Shown piece after piece: positions 54,275 through 64,000 of a DNA stretch of 64,000 nucleotides. Made by a program: the position numbers and the translations under genes. Within the stretch, counting starts at the first letter, position 1. The number at the start of each line of letters is the position of its first letter. The notes beneath the pieces are model-generated. The model was not told the DNA's origin, ran no database searches, and worked only from the letters and a program-made list of their open reading frames with translations. Origin of the DNA: Octopus vulgaris (taxonomy: Eukaryota). The stretch spans positions 61,628,001 through 61,692,000 of the forward strand of contig OX597814.1 of NCBI GenBank assembly GCA_951406725.2. Direction: 5' to 3'.

Positions 54275-55204
54275 TTGATCAAAGCAGGTTATACAGAAAA
54301 AAATTTCTACATTGATTCTGCTCAGTCTAATTGTAAATTCAATAATGTAGATAAGATTTCTAGTCGTAAAAGAATTATTGATAACAAACATAACTTACGC
54401 ACCGATACAAAGCGAATGAAGGCAGATAACCCTTATTTATTCCCCTATTACCGATCTAAAAGTAAATATAACACCTTCAAAAGTAATTACGCTATGAATA
54501 CTAGTAAAAATATTTGGTTAATAATTCCTTACGGGAGACAAATTAAATCTAATCTCCCACTGCTGTTTCGTCAAGCTATTGCTAGGAATTTTCCAAATAA
54601 TTCTAGATATTACTCTATAATTAATTCACATAAGGTTAGGATAGGTTTTTCAAACACAAAAAATCTCTTGCAAATTATATCTTCTCATAATAACAAACTG
54701 TTAAATATTAATACATTTACTAATACTAACATTAATTTAGCTACTACCATCCAACCCTCTAGAAATATTAATAACAAGGTTATTGTATCTGAAGTCAATC
54801 CCAATAGAATTAAATTTATGTCAAGTAACTCTAAGATTAAAAATTCTATATACCAGTGTATAATCAGTACTCGTAATAAAGTACGATTTTACATTGGAAG
54901 CACATCGTTAGAGTTATCTAAGAGAATTTCTATCCATTACTCAACATTTAGGGATAGAAATAAACGGAATAGTACCGGTCTCAGCAAACTGATTTGGAAT
55001 TTAAAAGACCACAATGAACAATTTCATTTGGAATGGTTGATCCTCTCAATTTCGATACCATATGACAAAGGCAAGAAATTCTGTCTTCTCTGCAATTCTG
55101 AGCTATTTTTCATTATTTTTTCTAAAAATACTCTAGTAAACACGGTTATAGAACGAGCATACAGATGTAAGCATTGGCAAAAACATACTTTTAGTGCATA
55201 TAAG
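54275..55204 (+). pseudogene. Inverted 5'-truncated copy of the PLE thumb-linker-GIY-YIG region
   Basis: Open frame near-identical to the C-terminus of 50762-53086, without the 51665 frameshift. Confidence 0.9.
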
Positions 55205-55408
55205 TAGTCTCTATCATTATATATAGTTTAGACTTTAATTTCCTTTATATTTAACATTCACTATTAATATCCCTACTCTTTCTGTTAGCTACTTATGACG
55301 TTATATCATATAACGTTTTTTTAAACAATGTTAATAGCGTTCTGTCTATCGCTATACGAATCCATCATCTTTTGCTAAAATGTCGTATTGACAAGTTTCG
55401 TTTTTTCA

Positions 55409-55493
55409 CTTTCCCGAAGAGAAGATTGCATTGTTCATACCTTTTATTCTTTTGAATAAGTATCAGTGGAATTTTTGAAACATATGTAGAAAG
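55409..55493 (+). ncRNA. Type-I hammerhead motif (U4C core, 56-nt helix II); further copies at 50476-50560 (-) and 53335-53419 (-)
   Basis: CTTTC|CCGAAGA|GAAGATT…TTATTC-TTTT-GAATAA…AATTTTT|GAAA|CATATG|T|A|GAAAG. Confidence 0.78.
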
Positions 55494-55681
55494 AAAAAAT
55501 ACTTGTTTAAACCTGCGTTAACTCCATTTTTTATTCCTATTATTCAAATATTCAACGTAAACACGAAGTTTCAACCTTTATAAACAAGGAGTTACAACAT
55601 CTTTACTTGTGAGATTTTTGCTACCCTGGTAACTATTCATTCATTTATCCGTGTTAATTGTTAACAAGGTAAAATACACTC

Positions 55682-55760
<79 letters not shown>

Positions 55761-55876
55761 TATATATGCACGCTTGTGTGTGTATGTATATATGCACGTG
55801 TAATTTTTCCACTTTAACAATTAGATGTTTATAAATCCTCAGGTGTTTATTACATTCATATATATATAGGCGCTTT

Positions 55877-55929
<53 letters not shown>

Positions 55930-55956
55930 TATATATACATATATATATATATATAT

Positions 55957-58900
55957 TTGCGCGAGGACCTAGAAATACCTGGTATGGTTCCCAGGCGCGC
56001 AGAAAGCCTACCAGGGTGGATCAGACCCTTTAGTGTTGACTCTCACAACTGATCTAGGACACGGAACACTCTTACAAGAAAATCCTGCGATCATTTTATC
56101 ATCTGACGTGTGGCACACCGTGCACCTGTACAGACCATGTAAATTCGATGGAGAGAGTGTGCTTTGTGCAGCACAAGCAATGACCACTTTAAACAAGTCA
56201 AAGTGCCGGTTGTTCAGTAAACTATTTTCACTCAATAACACCTGAGGTTTGGCGCATCGATGTGTGCTTTTATTTATTTGTTTTATTTTTTTTTAATCCT
56301 ATGGTGATGATGGGATTGTGACGGGAACAGGTGAAGGATATCACTGGTAGTTCCTAACATGTACATTGCACATAGGTGGTGGAAGGTAAGATGGCCGTTT
56401 TACACAACACCCGCAAGTAATTGTGTGACTCGTGTCCTCCTTTCATAATAAAGCAGCCCTTTTTAGGATGGCACTGCTTTCCTCTTCATGGGGAGGGGTC
56501 TATAAAAAATGATCTAAACATTGCTTGCTCTTGTCCCTGTCATCAGGTGCAGATGTCTGGGCATCCAATATTGCACCCAAATCAAAAGTAGAAAGAAAAT
56601 GCATGGAACAAATATGTTCATTGCGTCTTGGAATGTGAGAACACTCTAAGATAAAAAAAAGAATCCTGAACAAAGAACCGCTATCATAGCACGTGTGTTG
56701 AAGCATCATAAAATTGGTATTGCAGCTCTTTCCGAAACAAGGTTTGCTGATACGGGACAGTTAGAGGAAGATGAAGGTGGGTACACTTTCTATTGGATAG
56801 GAAAAGCAAGTTCTGAGAAACGTGAATCTGGCGTTGGTTTTGCCATCAGGAATGATATTGCCAAAAATCTTGACTCCCTGCCTGTTGGTATAAATGACAG
56901 ACTTATGTCCTTGCGCGTCGCGGTAGGAAAAGACAAATATGCCACATTTTTGAGTTGCTATGCACCTACACTTAATTCATCTGATGAGCTAAAAGAAAGT
57001 TTTTACTCCTCTTTACGTGAACAGATAAACAAGGTGTCGATTCAAGATAAGCTGTTTGTCTTAAGTGACTTCAATGCTCGTGTAGGTAGTGATACACAAT
57101 CTTGGAGCAACGTCATTGGTTCACACGGAATTGGTAAAGTCAACTCAAACGGTGTTCTCTTATTGTCTCTTTGCAGTGAGTTTGATCTTTTGCTCACTAA
57201 TACCGTGTTTCAGCTACCTAATTGCAAGAAAGCCAGTTGAAAGCATCTCCGGTCTAATCATTATCATCTCATTGACTATGTCATTGTACTTCGTTCTGAT
57301 AGACAAGTCTTACACGCTCTTACAGTATAGGGAAATGCTGGTCAGATCACAAATTGATCTGCTCCACAATCAAGATGAAAATCAAACGCCCTGTTCTAAA
57401 TCAACGTGGTTCTCCCATCAAGAGAATTGATGTGGACAAGTTGAAGGTTAAGGAGACCATGCAGTCGTTTCAAACGGTTACTGACTAAAAGCTGTCCTCC
57501 ATTATATGTGGAGGTGACATTGAGGCATCTTGGTCAGAGTTTAAAACTGCAGTGTATGACTCTGCCAAAGAGTCATTAGGATATCTTCGAAGGAAGAACC
57601 AATATTGGTTTGATGAAAATGATCCAACCATCCTCCCTTTGCTCAGTAACATGCATCAAACCCATCAAGTGTGGATTACTGACAAAAATTCTTCAGTGAA
57701 ACACAAGGCTTTTCGAATGGCCAAAAAGTTTGGCACAATCTCGGCTCCGGGAAATGAAACAAAACTGGTGGAAGTTGAAAGCCCAGGCCTTACAAGGTGT
57801 AGCGGATAAGTGCGATTTTAAATCATTCTACCAAAATCTCAAAGGTGTGTTTGGCCCCATCTCAAAGGGGGCATCTCCAATATTTTCGTCAGATGGCACT
57901 CTCCTTACCGATAAGAAAGAAAGAAATTACTAAGCGCTGGGCTGTACATTTTTCAAATGTTTTAAACAGAGAATCGACAGTGGATAAGGAAGTGATTGAT
58001 AATCTTCCTCAGAAGCCAACCACCGAGAATCTTGCTGACAGTCCATCCATGTCGGAGGTCGAAAAGGCTATGAAGCAATTGTCAAATGGTAAGGCTCCAG
58101 GTGATGATGGGATACCTGCAGAAATATACAAATGTGGTAGCCAACTGCTAATCAGGAAACTAAGTGCTCTGTTTTCGTCAATATGGGAACTTGGTACCGT
58201 GCCACAACAGTTCAATGATGCTTCAATTATTCACCTATTTAAGCACAAAGGAAATAAATGTGAGTGTGATAACCATAGAGGAGTTTCTCTCTTATTTGTT
58301 GCTGGTAAGATTCTAGCGCGTGTAATCTTAAACAGACTCAATGATTCAATTTGTAAAACTGTGCTCCCAGAAACCCAATGTGGTTTCCGGTCTGGAAGAG
58401 GCACTGTGGATATGATCTTCTGCTTACGACAACTACAAGAGAAAGCAAGGGAACAGAATAAGGACTTGTTTGTTACCTTTGTTGATCTCACTAAGGCATT
58501 TGATACCGTCTCCAGGGATGCCCTGTGGACTGTCTTGAGGAAGCTTGGTGTTCCAGACAAGATGTTGAATGTGATTGTCTCCTTTCATCATGGAATGATG
58601 GCGTCAGTACGGTCTGACTGCGAACAAAGTGAACCATTCGAAGTGTCAAATGGAACCAAGCAAGGATGTGTCCTTGCTCCGATCCTATTTGCTCTTTTCT
58701 TTTCAGTGATGCTTGAAACAGCCTTCAAAGACACCTCGGAAGGTGTAGGTGTTGGGTGGAGTGTTATTTAACCAGCAACGGTTCAAAGCCAAAACCCGGA
58801 CTTTTGTGCAGACTGTTCTTGATCTCCTTTTTGCTGATGACTGTGCTCTTGTCACCCATAGTCTTGAGGACATGCAGAACATCCTCAATAGCTTCTCTGA

Positions 58901-59916
58901 TGCATGTAAGGCCTTTGGTCTTACAATTAGCATAACGAAAACTGAACTTATTCACCAGCCGAAACCAAACTCTTCGCCCTCTTCACAACCAGTGGTATAT
59001 GTTGATGGTAAAGCTTTGAAAACAGTATCTTCTTTTACATACCTCAGCTCTATTGTGTCTGATGAAACAAAATTTGAAAAAGATGTCCAAAACAGAATCA
59101 ATAAAGCAAGTGAAGCATTTGGTAGGTTGCGACACAGACTCTGGAACAGCCACGATGTGTCTCTGAAAGTAAAAGTAGCAGTCTACAAATCTGTTGTTCT
59201 ATCTACTCTTCTGTATGGTGCCGAAACGTGGACCTTGTATCGCAAGCATATCAATCAGCTTGATTCCTTCCATATGAGATGTCTGCGTTCTATTTGCAAT
59301 GTTAAATGACAAGATCGTGTTCGAAATAGTGAGTTACTGGAGAGGTGTGAAATCACTGGTATTGAAACATTTTTGATTAAGACACAAATGTGGTGGTCTG
59401 GTCATCTCGTAAGAATGGATGACTCAAGAGTTCCAAAGCAGCTTTTTTATGGGCAATTGACAAATTCTTCCCGTCCAACAGGGCGTCCTCTTCTTTGTTA
59501 CAAGGACAAACTAAAAGACAATCTGAAGCGTTGTGACATTGTTTTGAGCTCCTGGGAGAGTGCAGCAGGGGATCGCATCAAATGGAGGAAAATATCTTTT
59601 CTAAAGACTAGAGAATTTGAAAGTAACCGCCTTCGTCATAGGGACGCCCTTCGTGCAAATTTGAAAGCAACGCATCAGCAAAATCCACCAAACAATGATT
59701 GTGTGTCACTGTGGGTTCAAAGCACGAAGCAAAGCTGGGTTAGCTGTCCACTCGAGAAGACATTTTGAACTAACGAATACATGCAAGTGTACCATTTGCG
59801 AGAAAGTATGCAAGACATCTGCTGGATAGAAAGTACACATGCGGTGTCACAAGGCTTAGGAATTGTTGAAGGTTATTTACTGAACCCTCATTCATCGTCT
59901 TCGATGAGAGAATCCA

Positions 59917-59920
<4 letters not shown>
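55957..59920 (+). mobile_element. Near full-length RTE-clade LINE, degenerate, in (TA)n
   Basis: 5' UTR of about 650 bp. APE (IAALSETR, SGVGFAI, CYAPT, DFNARVG). RT (KAPGDDGIP, HRGVSLL, QCGFR, FVDLTKAFD, KQGCVLAPILF, LFADD, LLYGAETW). Several stops and frameshifts. Confidence 0.93.
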
Positions 59921-59971
<51 letters not shown>

Positions 59972-60700
59972 CAGACATGCAGGAAGTAAATAGACACCTT
60001 TAATTTTCAAAATTTCTGATCTAAGCGTCTTAATATGTTTTCAGCGGTACGGAATTTACAATGTAATTATTTGTTTTCATTCCAGGTGCCATTATATTAA
60101 ACATTTGCGAAGAGTAACCATACCACGCACAAAAATTCAGCAGAGCTGCCAGATTTTCAAAAGGGTCGTGTTGGTGGGCAATCTGAAGCTGGTCTTATTC
60201 AGCGAAGAATTGCCGAAAATCTACAAATTCCTTTTGCTACTGTTAATAGAATTATATTGCAATTCAAAAGCCAAGGAAAAGAATCAACAGATTCTCGTCC
60301 CGGCCGACCTGGGCCCTCGGAAAGGAAGCTTCGCTGTTTGAAGAGAATTGTGGAAAACTAACCCCGTTCGAAGGCTTCTGACATTGCAAAACAACTAGAA
60401 GTTAGTCCAAGAACATGTGTTACATACCTGTATAAGCTAGGGTATTATGGACGAAGAGCTAGAAGACAACCTCTCCTTCAACCAATTAATATCACGAAAA
60501 GAAAGAAATGGGCTAAGGAGATGTCTGAAAAATCCAGTTCATTTTGGGATAGAATGATTTTCTCAGACGAATCCAGATTTGCATTATTTTCAGACAGTGG
60601 GCGTGTTTGGATCTGGAGGTTTCCCAATCAAGAATTTGATTTGAAACGACTCCAACCAACCGTGAACCTGGCGGTATCTCTGTAATGGTATGAGCTGATC
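59972..60700 (+). mobile_element. Tc1-family transposon 5' part with decayed transposase
   Basis: TA|CAG…AAGTAAATAGACACC TIR-like start; [18 protein letters not shown]; [26 protein letters not shown]…RLQPTV. Confidence 0.82.
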
Positions 60701-60775
60701 GAATGTGTTGGAACCATAAACTCGAAATACTTAAGCAAGGACTACTTCCGATGTATTCACACGATAACACAGACA

Positions 60776-60850
<75 letters not shown>

Positions 60851-60855
60851 GCACG

Positions 60856-60907
<52 letters not shown>

Positions 60908-60913
60908 GATATA

Positions 60914-61257
60914 TGAAGGCGCGTGGCTTAATGGTTCAGGCATTCGGCTCACGATCGTATGGTCGTGAGTTCAATTACCGCGACGCATTGTGTCCTTGAG
61001 CAAGACACTTTATTTCACGCTGCTCCAGTCCAGTCAGCCAGCAAAAATAAGTAGTACCTGAATTTCAAAGGACCAGCATTGTCGCCCTCTGTGTCACGCT
61101 GCATTCCCCTGAGAACTGTGTTAAGGGCACACATGTCTGTGGAAGGCTCAACCCTAACCCTAACCCTAACCCTAACTTGCACGTTAATTTCACGAGCAAG
61201 CTGTTTCGTTGATCGTATCAGCCTGGATCTTCGTCGTCGTAACCGACGGAGTGCTCC
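60914..61257 (+). mobile_element. tRNA-derived SINE containing a (CCCTAA)4 insert
   Basis: A box TGGCTTAATGG; TGTGTCCTTGAGCAAGACACTT core; telomere-type repeat at 61150-61176. Confidence 0.8.
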
Positions 61258-62640
61258 TATATATATATATTTGGATCTAGTCTTTCTCATTCGCAAAATG
61301 ATCCCCCCTTAATTTTGCTCAGATTGCTTTCAGTTTTGGTGTATACGATCAACCAATTGCTTTATCTCGTAAATTGAATCTGATGTTATTTGGAATTAAA
61401 GTTGGGAAATTTAGGTAATTTTAGCCAATCAACAGACAGCGTGACATTAACAGCTTGTTACCATGACAACCGCACTCTGTGTTGTGGTTCACTGTTGTCT
61501 GTGCCGCTTTTGTCTAAGTTGATTTTCACACTACATTTTTCACACTTGATTCTTCACACCAGGAGATTCTTTTCACCCGCGTGTTTTGTTTATAACGTGT
61601 TAGTGTATAATTTTTTTTGTGCTTCTGTGTGTTAGTATTTTTCTGTGTGTTAGTATTTTTAGATATTTTTCATTTCATATATTTTTGAACTCACTGACTC
61701 AGTTAGCTGGATTTATGAATTCACTTGGTTAATTCTGTTCATAAAAATCTAAATTAGGAGTATATCTTAAACCGTTAGCTTCGTATTTCAACAGCTTAAC
61801 TGAAACTTAGCCCACGTAACTGGAACTGAGAGGGATATCGCGTGGAAAAGGGAAACTGTGGGTGACACAGATAATTTGACATTATTTTTTAATTCTGCAT
61901 GCAAAAATATATAAGATATAGGTATTCTTTTCCTTGGGACAAATTCTGTGTGTGTGTGTTTGTATGCTTATGTGCATGAGTGTGCAATGAGTGCGTTTAT
62001 GTACGTATGTACGTATTTAGTGCAATTGCGTTCAATCTAAAACTATGTATAATTGAACAAAAATATTCTAGAAAACGATAAAAAATATCAAATAAACAAA
62101 CTAGTAAAAAATAGCCCAAACATTTTATAATAATTCTGCTTGTCATTACGTTACTTTGCTTGTCGGCAAAGCTTGATTTATAGGGGCCCAGAGGGGGCAA
62201 TTGCCCCAGGCATCTAGAAATTGGGAGCTCCATGCTAAGAAGGGTATGTAACACTCAAAACAGGGAGGCCCCCCACCTCCCAGCAATCAAGCATGAGAAG
62301 CTCTCTTTCAATATATAAACATATCTTGACTTTAAAAATGTAATGAGTACCCTTCTTATGATAAATAAAGATAGATTTTGCCACTTTAGAGACACCAAAT
62401 AATTCAATTCCCCGTCACCAATTAATTCCCCGTTTGGGACAACAGAGAAAAGGGAAACAACAGAACACTCCTGACTATGTATGTATGTATGTATGTATGT
62501 ATGTATGTATGTATGTATGTATGTATGTATGTATGTATGTATGTATGTATGTATGTATCTGCTTGACGCTATGTCCCGCATTATAACGACGTACTTCGCT
62601 GTCTGCGTGACTGGACCGAACGGCGTACCTCGCCGACTGT

Positions 62641-62810
62641 ATTTCTTTATTGGCCACCAGGGCCCTACCTACACAGAAGGGACAGCACAAGGACAGACAA
62701 TACAAAATACAAAGTGGGGACATAAAACATAAACGGATGAATGGAAATGGAAATAATATATATTGAGGATGCAATGGCTACTCGAGCCCCACTCTCGAGT
62801 GGTTACATTT
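62641..62810 (-). mobile_element. Probable Tx1-like LINE 3' end
   Basis: Minus strand …TTGTCTGTCCTTGTGCTGTCCC…GGTGGCCAATAAAGAAAT resembles the 23900-23950 LINE end and the SINE tails. Confidence 0.55.
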
Positions 62811-64000
62811 AACTGTTTTTGATGTTATAACATTTTTATCTGTTTTTTTTTTAATATAATATTAAAATTTACTTATATTTTTTTACTAGTTTTTATATGG
62901 TATTAATTCTTCATAGTCTACAACTGGAGGTAGGGTGTCATACTCCAATCCTAATGGGTCAATGTTCGAACCGAACAATTCCCTCAATTTAGCGCATCTT
63001 TTCCTGTCTATCAGTATGCATTTTGTGTTTTCTGTGTATTCTTCTGCCGGCAAATTAACTCTAATCACCGATTTGAACTTGGTGATTTTTCATTCAGTTG
63101 CCGTGCTTTTACTATATGTCATTATATATGCTTTGTTCTTAGTGGAGCTTTTGCGGGACTGTGTGTTATGCCTGTCTGTGCTTGTGTCTGCTTGTCTAAG
63201 AGGTGAACTCGGACTATCTGGGGCATGTATTAATATTTTCCTCCCCATAAACACATTTAGTGGAATAATGATGCACCCAAGGGTGGGATTTGAGCCTTAA
63301 ATTCGGACTATCCATATTATAAATTCCGATTTAAAAAGTAGGCAACAAGGAGTAGAAATGAAGGTAGCAGGTGGTCATGGCTTTTAGTTCTTGAAATTTT
63401 CGAAGGTTTTGTGAATTTGTGTTGTATGCATTAGAATTCACACGCTTATTGCAAAAATAAGGAAAACATTTTTTAACCCCATTCTAAAATTTCCTTCTTT
63501 TCCATTTAAAAAGAAATCAGATTTTAAAATATAGACACTCAAAACTTTTCTGAAATTCCAGCAATGGACCACGGATCTATTTCATTTTAATCACAGTAGA
63601 ATAGATCCATGGACCACTCTTGAACAATATCATATCATAGTGACAAAGAAACGACGAAGGTATCAGGTGGTTGTGCGACATGCGAAAAACAACGGTTAAG
63701 TTGCCTAAATCACACACAAAAATCTTATTTGCATAATCTTTTGAATTCCCATGTGTAGAAGACAAATTCGCAAAAATTTTCTGACAATTCCAAAAATAGA
63801 AAAGTTATAGGGATGCTTAAATCAAAATTCTGCCCCTCCGACTAAGAAGAGATGTTGACAATATTCCATTGAATATCAATTATATGACTATTCTATCGCC
63901 ACAGAATGAAGCGAAACCAATGTATCTCATATGTATGGATGTACTGTCAAATGATAACATGAAGCCAGCTCAGCTTAAAATCCAGTCAGAGACCAAATTC

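Larger units (their letters stand above)
50433..55691 (-). mobile_element. Young Penelope-like element: full-length unit, partial tandem unit and inverted unit, in (TA)n
   Basis: 50433-51392 is near-identical to 53289-54251. 54248-55691 is an inverted copy of 51720-50433 plus the complement of 53137-53290. Three HHRs; (TA)n on both flanks. Confidence 0.95.

Noticed and set aside
62886-63300. Short ORFs adjoining the Tx1-like 3' end
   Set aside because: Could be LINE ORF1 debris, but no diagnostic motif was seen.

Overview
AT-rich, microsatellite-saturated animal genomic DNA. The SINE families and repeat density suggest a cephalopod such as Octopus (inference only). I see no host protein-coding exon; most ORF-track entries are microsatellite translations. 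The window is a graveyard of transposable elements: a Gypsy integrase with a short 3' LTR, an RNase H-bearing LINE fossil, an R4/Dong-like RLE element in (TTA)n, two Tx1/L1 LINEs, a near full-length RTE LINE, mariner, Tc1 and hAT remnants, non-autonomous Helitrons and many tRNA-derived SINEs. It also holds several Penelope-like elements (PLEs) inserted in (TA)n. The main signal is a set of 13 type-I hammerhead ribozyme (HHR) motifs from 7 unrelated sequence families. All have a self-complementary helix III. Several have non-canonical cores: three U4C families, and one with the C3-G8 pair swapped to G3-C8. They sit in PLE pseudo-LTRs and in tiny non-coding fold-back or direct-repeat elements. 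Secondary signals are SINE tails matching the 3' ends of local Tx1 and RTE LINEs, and a (CCCTAA)4 insert inside a SINE. All motifs were read by eye, and catalytic activity is untested.
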